64,000 nucleotides of DNA from Selaginella moellendorffii. Lineage: Eukaryota > Plantae > Lycopodiophyta. The number at the start of each line of letters is the position of its first letter. Positions within the stretch are counted from its first letter, which is position 1. Below the pieces are notes generated by a model, which saw only the letters and a program-made list of their open reading frames with translations, ran no database searches and was not told where the DNA came from. Positions 1-12,739 of this stretch are shown piece by piece. A program made the position numbers and the translations under genes. The stretch is from NCBI RefSeq assembly GCF_000143415.4, contig NW_003314261.1, positions 1,103,674 through 1,167,673 of the forward strand, in the 5' to 3' direction.

Positions 1-153
1 TTTTAGAAGTAAAGAATAAAATTGAAAGAAGCTGTTTGGCTAATAAAGACTAGATGCTAGATAAGTTTTAGATCTGGAGTAGTAGTGTGTGTGGAGATGG
101 AAATTTCCATCACAAAATCATGAAGAACTATGAATAATAATCAAGAAAAAGGT

Positions 154-590
154 TTAGGCCTTTCCGATTCTCCAATTTTGCACTGCAAATGCCACGAACG
201 AGCTCGCCGCCACGAGGAATGCGATCCACACAGCCGTAGATATCCACGGCATCTCAACCGTGTATCGCGCCGCTACAGCCTTCCATATCCAGCTCCACAC
301 CATCACCACCTCTGTGCAATCCCGTGCAAACCCTAAGGCGCAGCCAAGAACAATGGGGACAGCCCCAGGGAAACGAGATTTAGTTCGTTCCATCCCGCGA
401 TCCCAATTGCCGCGTAGGTGGAGAGGTCACCGAGAGATTGGGCGTGGGAGGAGGGCACCGCCGTGGCTGGACCCTGCTGGTTGATGCATCGATCGCGCCA
501 GTGAGCGGGATCGTGGCGACCGCGGCTGTCACTCCCTTTTGGTCGCCTTGTTGGCCAATTGATCGGAGACGAACATGGATGATTCTAGGG
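154..590 (-). pseudogene. Deletion-riddled duplicate of the LPP-epsilon/PAP2 gene at 2378-2983
   Basis: Collinear with 2378-2976 at high identity but about 160 nt shorter, via about 10 deletions of 8-31 nt that cause frameshifts. The C-terminal peptide WSWIWKAV...WIAFLVAASSFVAF is retained. Confidence 0.92.
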
Positions 591-793
591 GTAGAGCGTA
601 GCCTCAATGCTGCTCCTTGATTTCCGAGAGTATGAATCCATCGAACTACTGGAGGGGACTCTCACTCAAATGCAAGGACTTAGCTCTGTCGCTTCTCTTC
701 CACCAAGCCATGCTCAGTATGGCCCTAGATTTTAAAGGAATGCACAAACATTCTCTTTTTTATTGATTGTTTTGAATCTTATAAATCTGTGCT

Positions 794-1717
794 CTACCAT
801 AAAGACCATGCCACATGACCATTCAAACTACGATACAACACTAAGTTTCCATCATCTTGAATAGCTAAAACAGATACTAATTCACAAGGTGATGGAGAAC
901 AATACTCATTTACACTCCAAATTGATGTTCCATCTATTTGATATAATACCAAATTTCCATCCGATTGGAGTCTTAATTTACAACCATATTGCCCTCCATT
1001 ACCATTACCAGCTTTGAACTTTATCTCATCGTTTATCACATCCATAAATTGAAGCTCACAATTGTGTTGTAGAATTAATTCAAAATGTTTATTTGGTGAT
1101 GATTTTGTTGTGCCTGGTTCCATAACTGCAAAAGTATTATAATCATCTCCAGTAATAAGACCTGTATATGATATTGAACAATCATAAAAATCCTGGGGAT
1201 TTATAATATCTGAAGTTTCTGACCCATTAATCTTTAAAATGTTTAAGTTTGGTATTTCTGAACCATATCTTAAATAATAGAAAACCATAAAATTTGCATT
1301 AACTATAACTATAGTATCATACCCCTTCCATGTGCTTATATCATTGAGTACATGATAAATAGGCCATAAACCATTTTTAAAATCATCACCAGAAGCTCCA
1401 GCAAAGTTATCATATTGACCACTACAATAGCCTTGATCATTTACAGGACTTAATAACCATGCACTTACTAACACCCTAAATGACCCAATCACATTAAAAA
1501 GGGCAAAAGCTTGTCCATAAGAATAACTATAATCTGAGCTAATAAGATTCATAACTTCATCAAGGGTAGATATAATAACGTTACGAGGACCACCTACAGG
1601 TATGACATCCTCTTTTCCAATATACTCAACCATACATTCAGAATATATGCATAAAAAAGAAATCAGAAACAATATATTAATAAAACTAAATCTAGAAAAC
1701 ATTATTTGGTTTTCCAT
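794..1717 (-). CDS. Secreted protein: signal peptide + unknown ~165-aa domain + C-terminal GNA/bulb-type mannose-binding lectin domain (307 aa, intronless)
   Basis: Hydrophobic N-terminus (FINILFLISFLCIYS). Two QxDxNxVxY motifs ([20 protein letters not shown]) and one degenerate site (LQHNCELQF). A conserved paralog lies at 39262-40161. Confidence 0.85.
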   Translation of the reverse strand: MENQIMFSRFSFINILFLISFLCIYSECMVEYIGKEDVIPVGGPRNVIISTLDEVMNLISSDYSYSYGQAFALFNVIGSFRVLVSAWLLSPVNDQGYCSGQYDNFAGASGDDFKNGLWPIYHVLNDISTWKGYDTIVIVNANFMVFYYLRYGSEIPNLNILKINGSETSDIINPQDFYDCSISYTGLITGDDYNTFAVMEPGTTKSSPNKHFELILQHNCELQFMDVINDEIKFKAGNGNGGQYGCKLRLQSDGNLVLYQIDGTSIWSVNEYCSPSPCELVSVLAIQDDGNLVLYRSLNGHVAWSLW

Positions 1718-2377
1718 TTGTAGGGCATATTATTTATAGGTATTTAAAATTAAAATAATATCTCCTAATAATTAAATATTTAATAAAGAAACAATAATAA
1801 CTATGTGCCTATGACCGTTAATTTATTGTTGTACTTCAATTTTAACCTTTTCTGTCATCATTTATTAAATATAAATTAAATAATTTTATATTTCTTATTA
1901 TAATATTGTTAAATGATGATTCAGCCATTAGCTATTTACAAGTCTATTAACACCCACCTAAGATAGATGAATTATAATATAACACATTGATGACTTTGTG
2001 ATCCATTTGTTTACTAAATTCCTTTATGCCTTACATATGTGAACTTTATTCTCTTGCCCTCAACTTTTGTGATCTAAAAACTATGATCTCACTCTATAAA
2101 TAGTTAAACTAAATAATAATATTTAAATACTCTTTATTATATTTAAGATTGCACTACTTCCACAATGCCAATCAAACTTCCCCTCAACCATTTCTAAGTT
2201 CTTAGATTTGAAGTGTGTGTGCGTGTAGGTTCCCGTGACTTTTATAAACATCTTTTTATCTTGTTCAATTTTATTTTTACACTGCTTTAGTTTGTAATAT
2301 TGAATTTCTCAAATACTATTTCAATGTTCTGATTAAATTTTAAGTTAAGAATTCAAATTATACCAGGAAAAAGTTGT

Positions 2378-2983
2378 TTAGGAATCTCCAATTCTCCAAT
2401 TTTTCACTACAAATGCCACGAACGAGCTCGCCGCCACGAGGAATGCGATCCACACAGCCATAGATATCCACGGCATCTCAACCATGTATCGCGCCACTAC
2501 AGCCTTCCATATCCAGCTCCACACCACCGCGCTGGAGCTCCCGATAGCAGCCCCTATCACCACCTGGGCTCCACTGTGCAATCCCGTGCAAACCCTAAGG
2601 TACGCGAGGTAGACGGCGCAGCCAAGAACAATGGCGCACAGCCCCAGGGAGACGAGATTTAGTCCGTTCCATCCCGCGATCCCAATTGCCGCGTAGGTGG
2701 AGAGGTAGCCGAGCGATTGGGCGTGGGTGGAGGGCATTCCCGCATCAGTCTTGAGCACCGCGGTGGCTGGACGCTGCTGGTTGATGCATTGCTTGAGGAA
2801 TTTGGCGTTGGCGCTGTTGACGATCGCGCCAGTGACCGCCCACATCGCCGCGGGATCGTGGCGCCATAGCACCACCGCGGCAGCCAAGCCCGTCACTCCC
2901 CATTTGGTCGCCTTGTTGGCCAATTGATCAAAGACGCTGGGAGACGAAGTGGAAGGAGACATGGATGATTCTAGGGCACACAT
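2378..2983 (-). CDS. Lipid phosphate phosphatase epsilon / dolichyldiphosphatase-like PAP2 protein (intronless)
   Basis: PAP2 motifs KQCINQQRP, GMPSTH and LRVCTGLHSGAQV, with several TM segments. Confidence 0.88.
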   Translation of the reverse strand: MCALESSMSPSTSSPSVFDQLANKATKWGVTGLAAAVVLWRHDPAAMWAVTGAIVNSANAKFLKQCINQQRPATAVLKTDAGMPSTHAQSLGYLSTYAAIGIAGWNGLNLVSLGLCAIVLGCAVYLAYLRVCTGLHSGAQVVIGAAIGSSSAVVWSWIWKAVVARYMVEMPWISMAVWIAFLVAASSFVAFVVKNWRIGDS

Positions 2984-3249
2984 TCTAGCTAGGTCGAGCG
3001 GGAGTTCTTGGAACCCTAGAAACAGAGCACTATTATTAACTATTGATTAGTATTAGATTAGCACAAGGAAAATTTCTTCTTTCTCTGCTGATAGAAGAAA
3101 CAGTGGTTATTCATCAAATGTGAAGGAATTATAAATAGCTTATTTTGCACAAAGTGGAACTCACTCAATGAAAGAATACACACAAAAAGATGGAGGGCGA
3201 AAGAGAAAAACGAAAAAGAGCCAAAATGAAAATGAAAACTTTTAATACC

Positions 3250-3465
3250 TCCTGCTGCTGCTGCTGCTGCAGCTGCTGAATTTTCTTTCTGTTACAATCC
3301 AAGCTGCTGCTGCTGCTCCTGCTGCTCCTGATGTTCTTCCTGCTGGGGATGTTCTTCCTGGTTCCTGGATGGATGGATGATAAGAGAAAATAAAGTACCT
3401 CCCTTTGATCTTTCTTGCTGCTCTAAGGCTGTTGCTGTTGTTGCTGTGGCGGCAGTGGCTGCTGC
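3250..3465. repeat. CTG/CAG trinucleotide-rich tract (poly-Q tail and 3' UTR of the RLK)
   Basis: Visible (ctg)n runs; the RLK ends in PPQQQQQQP. Confidence 0.7.
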
Positions 3466-5509
3466 TTGGGCGGAGTATCCTGCGAGGCGTCCGATCCTGG
3501 CGTGTGCGAGTATGGAGAAGTGTGGCCATTGGACTTCTCCTCGGATTTATCAGACGGCAATCTGGAGCCGTCGTCCGTGTCCACGGCCCTGATGTCCTCG
3601 ATCATTCTCACCACGTCCTTCATCTTGGGACGCTGGTCCGGCGATGTCGCCACGCACGCCATCGCCACCTGGAGCAACTGGACCATCTCCTCCTCGATGT
3701 TCTGGTACCGCATTAGCTCCAAGTCGAACACTTCGGCGGTCCATTCCTCGCGCACCACCGACTGGACCCAGCGCGGCAAGTCGATCCCCTCGTCGTTGAG
3801 GGAGGCCTGCGTGGGAGCCTTGCCGGTCAGGAGTTCCAGGAGGAGCACCCCGAAGCTGTAGACGTCGGAGCGCTGCGTCGACTTCCTCGTCTCGGCAACT
3901 TCGGGGGCTCTGTAGCCCACGATTCTCGAGGCCGCGGAGCTGGAGTTGAAGAGCTGCGCAAGGCCGAAGTCGGACACGGCAGCATCGTAGTTCTTCTTGA
4001 GGAGGATGTTGGAAGACTTGATATTTCCGTGGACGAAGTTGCTGCCACCCTGCTCGTGGAGGTACGTGATCCCGCGTGCTGCTCCCAGGGCGATGCGGAC
4101 GCGCGAGACCCAGTCCAATGGAGTACGTCCAGCACCACGACTTCCTGTTCCATGTGTGTGGAAATGGGAGTTATGAAAACAAAACAACATCAACAGTGGA
4201 TTCACGTACCGTGTAGAAGAGCAGACAAACTCCCCATTGGCATGTAGTCGTAGACCAGTAGCTTTTCATCCTTTGAAAAATAATACGCTCGGAGTGGCAC
4301 CAGATTCGGATGCTGAAGCCTGCCAATTGTCTGGATCTGCTGCTCGAATTCCCTGCCCGAAATTGAAACGTCCTTCAACCTCTTCACCGCAACGACCGAT
4401 CCATCTTCCAGCACTGCCTTGTAAGCTGTACCAACGCTTCCTTTACCCAAGACCTCGGCAGAAGCACGCAGGAGATCTTCCAAGTCGAACTTGTAAGGTG
4501 CGCCCTCGGAGAAGATCAGCTTGCTCTTCTCCGGTTCACCCTGTGCGAAAACCGAACGATCCGGATCCTTCACCTCCTCACCCTTGGCTTCGATAGATCT
4601 GTCAGCAGCCTTGGGAGAGCCACCCTTCCTTCTGCAGCACAGGAAGAAGAGCAGAAGCAGTAGCAGCAATGCGCCGACTACACTTCCCACGACGATCCCA
4701 ACGATCGCACCAGTGCTAAGGCCCTTCTTGTGCTTCCTTCCCGGCGTGTTCGTCGTTGTTGGAGAAGTTGAAGACGGGGCTGGCGAAGGTGGCGCCGAGG
4801 AAACACAATCCTCGGCCAGCGGAGGCCCACAAATCTGGTTACCACCAAATGCATCGCTTCCAAAGGCTTGCAAAGCGGCAGGAACGCTACCATTGAGCTG
4901 GTTGTTTGCGACGCTGAATTGCTTGAGCCTGGGCAAGTTGAGACCGGCGAGACCACCCGTAAAAGAATTGTTCTGCGCGTAGAGAGTCGCCAGCCGACTG
5001 AGGTTGTTTAGTGACACTGGTATCTGCCCGTCGAAATGATTGAAGGCCACGTCCAATCTCACTAAGCTCGGCCACACCGAGAAATCCCTGGGGAGTGGCC
5101 CTGAGAAGTTGTTGTTCTGGAGAAACATGCTCCTGAGCTGCCTCAGCCTGAGGAAATCCGCGGGGAATGGACCTGAGAGCCTGTTCATCCTGAGACTTAT
5201 CACCCGGAGCTCCTCCACGCCACCAATTGATCCATTTGGAATCGTCCCAGAGAGGCTGGATCCAGGAACTCGCAGCTCTCTCACCCGACCTGTGGTGCCA
5301 TTCGAGCATTTGATCCCTGTCCACTGGCACACATTCGTGTTCCTGTTCCAGCTCCTCAGCTGGTTGCCCGGATCCACGGCACTCCTGAAGGCCAGTAGCG
5401 AGGAAACGTCGTCGGCGCTGGCGATCTCCAGTAGCATAAGGAGTGCTCCACAGGCCAGCAGCATTGCAAAGAGGTAGCCATGGCCTGTTGTTCTGTTGGA
5501 TCTTTCCAT
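3423..5509 (-). CDS. LRR receptor-like kinase, LRR-III (RKL1/RLK902-like), probably catalytically atypical; 2 exons, intron 4145-4209
   Basis: Signal peptide, LRRNT, about 5 LRRs and a TM helix. Kinase motifs [35 protein letters not shown] (catalytic Asp replaced by Asn) and GYRAPE. A GT-AG intron joins the two ORFs in frame. Confidence 0.95.
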
Positions 5510-6932
5510 GGCGCTACCTATGGACTGTGTGTGAGTGACCTCACATCACCTCAGCCATTGGCTTTCCTGCAAGAAGAGGTCGCAATGTAGGTTCGTGAGC
5601 TCGCATCTTCCACAGCGCAGTGAGAGTTTACTGCTGGGCTCACCGTGCTCGATGATCTTTCTCTGCTGTAGCGCGCAATCCCCCTTCCACTTGTCCCTGG
5701 CAAGACGAGAAATCGCTCTTGAGACACAACGGCATTGCAAATTTTCACTCGAATGCTCAGATCTAGTACCTTCTCCTGGAAATTTCGACAGATCCAGCGC
5801 TCAGCTCCTCCGATTCCATGCGCTCCGGCTCCTGCCGCGAATCCCTAGCACGCTCGTCCACACACAAGCCAAGGGCGCCATAGCCAAGCACGAGCAATAC
5901 GCGCGGCTCGCAAAAACCTCGAGCTCTTCCAAGCCGCAGTGTTAAAACTGGATTGCTGGAAGCCCTCCTCGTGTGAACGCGACCCAGATCTGCCAGCTAG
6001 GACGCCACGCTGGCAGGTTAAAATAGCCTCCTTTCACCCTTTTTACACCACCTAACTCCTCGCCGGCTGCATCAACGGGCGATCGGTGGGAGCCACGTCA
6101 TGTACACCCCATCATGGCACCATTGCATGCCTGGATGCCGCCACGGCATCTCCGCCGTCCATGTGGCGCGAGGAATATGTATGTCAGGCTTTTATCCGGC
6201 AACGGAATGTCAATGCCATCCAGGCTGGCCAGGTATGCCATCCATGACCCCCATGCACACATGCATGTATGATGGCTGGGGTAGGTCCCATGTCCCATTC
6301 AAACATCTTGTCATGTCCATGAGGATTGTGGTTCTTTAAATGAGACATTGAAAGCCCCGCAACAGACTCCCTTTAATAGATGGATATTCCCCTCGTGTTT
6401 TAGTCCTAATTGCGCGCACTAAATGGCGCTAATTAAACTGGTGGCAATGGTTTTTCCACCCAAATAACCCCATGGTAACTTTGTTCTTGGCATGGTTCCG
6501 CGATGGAAGCCCTCCAACGATGGGTGGGTGTGGAATCAAAATCAGTCAGGAACGAACGTTTCGAAGATCGCTCAAAGGTTGAAAGGAAGAAAAGAGGAGG
6601 AGATTAAAGGATAACGCGCCTTTATAAAAAGGCCCTTAAAATTAAAAAGGGGAAATTCTCATCTCATTCTAAGGAGAAGAGTCTCGCAGTGCTATCTTAC
6701 AAAAGCACTGCTTGGACGAGTCCCGTGAGCGTAAGCAAAGCGAGCTGAAAAGTAGTAGCGAGGAGCTTTTCAAAGAAGAAGAAAAACCTGTGAAGATGAA
6801 AAGAATAAAACTTTGCTTAAGTTCACGAGCTCTTTTATCTCTCTAGAAGTGATCCCGTGAGCTAGATTTGGAACGCAGAACTTACTCATCGATGGAACGA
6901 TGGATCGGTCGTTTTGCCTTTTGCGTTCTTGG

Positions 6933-9900
6933 CTAAGTGGAGTAGCAGCACATATGATTGAACATGCCCCGACGCGAAGTTGGCGATTTCGACCGTGGTG
7001 GCTGCGGCATAACTTTAGGCAGCTGTTTATGAAAGGCCTTGACCGCGTCGCGCACGCCATCGTCTTCATGAATGCACTTTGCCACTTCCTCGGCTCGTTG
7101 CTTCACCTGTGTGAAAAAATAAAGCAAAGGTTTAAACTCGTGAAAAGGAAAATCAAACAAACAAAGAAAGTTGGAGGAATCCATCTACGCAATCTGTGAA
7201 GGACTAGCTACCAGCTCTCCTCTCGCTCTCAGTCTCAATCCAATGCGCAAGAAAATAAAGGAAGGATAGATACCTCGGGGGACATCATAAACTCGATGGC
7301 TTCCACAAGATTGTCCAGCGAGAGTTTGTCAATGGGAATCGGAGTAGGACCGATTCCTCTATCGTGTACGCGAGCACCCCAAAAGGGCTGGTCTCCGAAG
7401 AAAGGTACCACAGTCGTAGGACACTGTTTCCATGGAGAGAAAAATGGAAGATAAAACAGAGAAAGCAACAAAGTTTTTAGAAAAAAACAACTTTACCGCG
7501 GCTTTGAGACCAGCAGCTGTTGTTCCAGCTCCACCGTGATGAACCTGGAACAAAAGTCCAGCATCCAGTTTTAAAAGAACTCAACTCAAGCGAATCGCGA
7601 ATCGAGGAGAAGAAATAAACTTTGTACCACTGCTGCACATTGTGGAAACAGCCAATCGTGAGGACAGTTTTCGATGAAGTGGACAAAATCTGGATGATCG
7701 TTTTCCACTGCAGAACCAAAAACAATGCAAGTTTCTAAGCATTGATACATTGCAAAGTTTCAAAGCTTTTTTTTTTTTTGGTTTTTACTTACTGCCGCGA
7801 CCAATGCCACCCCATCCTTTGTCAATCAGTCCTCTCTGACGGCTTTTCTCCAGAGCGCTGATAATTGTTTCCGTGACTTTTACTGGATCCTTGACAGGCT
7901 ATAGGTAGCAAGCAAACACCCAATGAGTCAATGAGAAATAAAAAGGAAGATTTTTTCCAAAGACAAGACTTACCAAGCTGCCGAATCCGATGTAGACGGG
8001 CTTGCTTCCCTGTGCAAGCCATCTTACAAGATCTTCCGAGGGCTTGTAATCGCTGGCCAGGTCCAGGAAGCAATATCCCACCACATCTATACGAGGACCC
8101 CAATCTGGAATGAAAGAGAAAGTTTACAAGTAGTCTACAAGTTGATTGGAACGAACCTTTGGGCTTTGGGACGAGGCATGAGCTCCAGAGATAACACGTA
8201 GGGAGATCAACTATGGAGCCCTGGCTTTTAAAGTAGGAAACAGGACGTAGCTTTAGCTTCTTCTTCCTAAAGTCATTGATCAAGCTCCTGATCCCCAGCC
8301 AGATCATCGAATCCACCACTTGGTACGAGAGCTGCGAAAAAACCATTCTTACCACGAAAAACCAAAGCTGTAAATCTTGGGCACTCACTCGATTGGCAGC
8401 AATGTTACTGAGACGAGACAGAGGATGAGGAAACTCGCTGGTGGGCCTGCAAAGATTGACAGCCCAAAACTCAGGAAAAAATACAAAGAATCGTGCAAGC
8501 TCCAGTCTCGAATTGTGTTTGCAATAAACAGCTTACGTCCAAGGCATGGTGAAGTAGATGTGAATCGGAACATTCAATGCCTCTGCAACATGAACATGCC
8601 CTGCAAAAACATGTCTTGAAACGTACTCGGAAACATAAAAACTCTCAGGGAAAAGAAAGAAAGGTTGGAGAAAAAAAAGCGTACCATACGCTGGTGGATT
8701 GGCAATAATCGCCTGAGCTCTGAATGGGACAAGCGTGTCCTCGTTTGGCTCGGTACAAGCCGGGTACAAGGAGTTTACAATGCTTTTGATCTGCTTCCTC
8801 TGGAGCTTGATTTCCTTGGGTCCGGATGGTAGAAATCCTTTATTTTTCACCATGTCTATCCTTTGCAGAAAAAAACCCGGGAAGAAAGAGCGTGTGAGGA
8901 ACTGAAAAATAAAAGGCTGGAAAACCACTTACATCCCGCTAATACCTTTGGATCGCCTCCTAAAGGATAAAACTCTAGTCCATGCGTCTTTACAAACTCT
9001 CGAAAGTTGACATGCGTTGCCAAGCGTACACGATGGCCGTATTTCTGATTATCACGCGAAGAAGAAGAAGATGAGAGTCTTAGGCGATAAGAGAAAATAA
9101 AAAAAACGTACTTGTAGCTCTTTTCCTATCGCGACAAAGGGCTGGATATCACCACGAGTCCCAACAATGAGCATCGCAATTTGCAGAGGAAGGATTTTCT
9201 TGTCTTCGATGTCCTGGTAAGCCGACTCTTCGTAGACAAGATAGTCGTCCAAATCCGGTAGGAATTCCAATCCTTTGTCTGCGTTGATTTCAACGGCACC
9301 TTCATCAGTAATGCTGCCGAGGCGTCGCATAAGCCGCTTCTGAGAACAAAAAGAAAAGAAACAAAAGAATAACACACACAAGTTCATACTGGAAGACGGA
9401 AAAAAAATGTTTGATACCTTCTTGCGATGTGATATTTTGTGCTTCTTGTGAGGCTTGGCATCCTTATATTTGCCACTCTTGGAATCCACACAAGGCTCAC
9501 TGCTTGTTCGCACCAATCCTTTAGAGAGAATAACGAAAAAAAACTAAAGAACACCAGAGAAAGTCTCAAAGGGAACGAACCTGGTGTTTGTGGAGGATGC
9601 AAATCACCATCGCCGCCATCGCCGCCATCACCAACACCATCACCGTCCTTTTGAGCAGTCTCGTCCAGGATGAGATTAATCGTCCCGCAAGGCATGGTGC
9701 TCGCAACTCGCAGACGACTAGAAGAATCATCCACAAACTCAGACTTGGTCATCTCCTCAATCTTCTCGACGTCTTCGGGATCCAAGCGAACAATCCCTGG
9801 CTTCCCGAGCAGTAAATCGCCGCCATCGCTGTTTAGATCTTCCGTATCCACGTAGAGCTGGCTTCTAGCATCGTCCTTACTTCCATCCATCGCAATCTCC

Positions 9901-10037
9901 TCCACCACTTCATCATTGCTTCCTTGATTGAGCTCGCCTGTTAAGTGCATGACACGACCACCGTCGCCGTTTTCTCTCGTCCCCTTGGCCACCGTGATAT
10001 CAACTTGGTGCACTCCATTCTCTTCCGGATAGCCCAT
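6933..10037 (-). CDS. UGT80: Sterol 3-beta-glucosyltransferase (UGT80 family), multi-exon
   Basis: Exon peptides IAMLIVGTRGDIQPFVAIG, IIANPPAYG, VHHGGAGTTAAGLKAA and VPFFGDQPFWG. Confidence 0.93.
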
Positions 10038-10350
10038 TAGATCCAGAAATGTAGATCCGCTCAAACCCCAATGAATTGCCGAGCAGGGTTGGCTTTCAAC
10101 TTACACCTGGAAAAGATTTTTGAGGAACTGGGAACGAGGGCTTCTAGCTATGGAGACAAGGAACAATACCTTGGAAAAGACCCAGCTGCCGATTGGGGAT
10201 CGACCGGCTCGAGTCGACCCACCAGGCGAGCGCAGGAGAAAGACGTTGATCGCCGAGTGCCGCTGATTCTGGTTTCACGCATACGCGACACGTTTCCATG
10301 CCCACTTTAACCCTCTGGGGTGCTTTACACTAATACTCAGAAATAGTGTG

Positions 10351-10580
10351 CTAAGGTGTAAAAAATATATTCCTAAATTATATTTTAGATATTTCTTTGA
10401 TTCGGCTTCTCTTAAACTTCCTTTGTAAATTGTTATCATTAATACAAACCATGTTTAGATTTCGAGCGATCTAAAGGTGTAAAACGTATACCTAAAACAT
10501 TTAGGAACTATATTTTAGAATTTTCTTTAATTCAAAGTTTGTAAATTGTTATCACTAATACAAATTATGTTTAAATTTAT
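10351..10580. repeat. Degenerate ~120-bp tandem duplication in AT-rich intergenic DNA
   Basis: ctaaggtgtaaaa...tttgtaaattgttatca.taatacaaa..atgttta occurs twice. Confidence 0.65.
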
Positions 10581-11802
10581 AATATAGATATTTATAATAA
10601 ATAAATATAATCAATCACAAAGACCAGTAAAGATCTAGCCAAAAAAAAAGAAGAAGTACAGATAAGCCTTATAAGACCCAATCAAAGCACCAAGGATTTT
10701 GATTAGGGGCGAGTTTGTGCTCTATTATAGCTCAAACCTTTAACCCTAAAAATGTTTCTATGTGCTTATCTATGGAATTTATCTTTTTTGGCGTCCCATT
10801 ACTTGTTTATTTCTTGCACTTCATTTGTGTGCCTCTTGGGTTGCTGTGCAGCAGCTCTAATGTTTAGAAGAATCAGCCTAGCTTTACCATACTTCCTTGT
10901 CAAAGTGTTAGAGTGACCTAAAACATATCGCACTAACATCATCTTTATGTATAGTACTAATTAAGAAATAAGCTTAACAAGAATTAATCTTTTATTTTTC
11001 TATTATATCCAACTTAGAATTTATATGCACAAAATAAACATAAAAAAATTTAAATTTCTATATTTATTTACAGAAAAATATAGTAAGTAAGATTGTTAAG
11101 TATAATGATATGATAAATCCTTTATTGCCCAAGTTCAATTATAAAGTAGACAAAAAAAAACATTTTTCAGTAAACAACTACCTTTTGAACCTCAATATGA
11201 CATCTTACACATATCAATTACATGAATTAATTTTAGTTTTCTTGACGGTAAGTTAATTTTATATAATTTGTATGATTGATAGTAAAAGTTCTTAAAAACT
11301 TTATGAAGTACCATATATTTTATCTATACAAGATATTGCATTTTAGTAGGTTTTAAAAAGTTTTAAAAGCTTATTATTTCCTTTTTCAGGTAAATGAATT
11401 TCGGTGGTTAGAGACAAAAGGTCAGAAAATATATATAACATACTATTTAAAGTCATAATAAACTTTATAAATTATCACTTAAATCATGTCTTGTTCTTTC
11501 CTTTGATTATATGTTACACATTTATAAATTCAGTTATGTGAAGGTGGCAGGTTCGATTCCCAGAATAGGTGGCATATCCAACGGAGAGCGAGAGAGCCAA
11601 TGAGAAAACAATGCGCTCTATCCAATATCGACATTAAACCAGATTGGAGGCTGGCCTTGAAGTCCGTCAAGGAACACCACACAGGGGCCGGACACGAGAA
11701 CTAAAATCTGGAACCTCGCGGCGATCTTCTCTCTTCCAGAAACTCCAATCCCGGCGAGTGAGTGAGAGGGAGCACTTGGGAGTTTAGATCTTACGTCGGG
11801 CA

Positions 11803-12739
11803 ATGGCGACTGCTATGGCGTGTTCGCAGCTTGTAGCAGCGGCTGTGGCTCCAACTCTAGCTGGAACTCAAAAGTCCAAGTTTTTCGGAAGCGCCATCAC
11901 CACTCCCGGTGCTGCATTCTCCAATGGAAGCAGGGTCAGCATGTCCGCAGAGTGGCTCCCAGGACAGCCTCGTCCAGCCTACCTAGACGGATCAGCCCCT
12001 GGGTGAGTTTAAACTTCCAAGAGATCTAGTTTCTCGTAGCTTTCAAGTGAGAGCGCTTTGTCCTTCCAGCGACTTTGGATTCGATCCACTGGGACTTGGA
12101 GAAGTTCCCGACAACCTGGAACGATTCAAGGAGTCAGAGCTCATCCACTGCAGATGGGCAATGCTGGCAGTCGTAAGTACCTGGGAAACTTTTTTCTCGT
12201 AGATTTTGTGTGGATCCTCAAGCTTTGTGCGCTGCTTTCAGCCTGGATGCCTCATTCCGGAAGCTCTAGGACTAGGAAACTGGGTTGAGGCACAACAGTG
12301 GGCCGCGACTCCTGGCGGACAAGCCACGTACCTTGGAACTCCAGTCCCGTGGGGGACCCTTCCAGTGATCGTTGCGATCGAGTTTGTTGCCATAGCCTTT
12401 GTCGAGTCGCGGAGGATCGGCGTGCCGAGCGCTGAGAAACGCAAGTATCCCGGCGGCGCATTCGACCCTCTTGGATTCTCCAAGGACCCGAAGAAGTTCG
12501 AGGAGTTCAAGCTGAAGGAAGTGAAAAACGGTGAGCATTTTCTCAAAGTTGGCAGTGAACATCATACCATTTTTGCTTGCTTGCTTGCAGGTCGTCTTGC
12601 ACTGCTCGCTTTCTTGGGATTCTGCGCCCAAGCAGCAGCCTATCCAGGAACAGGTCCCTTGCAGAACTTGGCCACTCACCTTGCCGATCCATGGCACAAC
12701 AACATTGCCAACATCATCATCCCGCGATCAGTCATGTAA
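11803..12739 (+). CDS. LHCA1: Photosystem I light-harvesting chlorophyll a/b protein Lhca1; 4 exons
   Basis: Transit peptide, [51 protein letters not shown] and [14 protein letters not shown]. Confidence 0.96.

Noticed and set aside
6128-6240. miR160-like sequence (tgcctgg..., ...gtatgcca)
   Set aside because: Only the two ends match, at separate positions; there is no contiguous 21-nt match or proper miRNA/miRNA* duplex.
11551-11562. GTTCGATTCC B-box / tRNA T-loop motif
   Set aside because: No acceptor, D or anticodon stems and no A-box can be built around it; it is an isolated motif.
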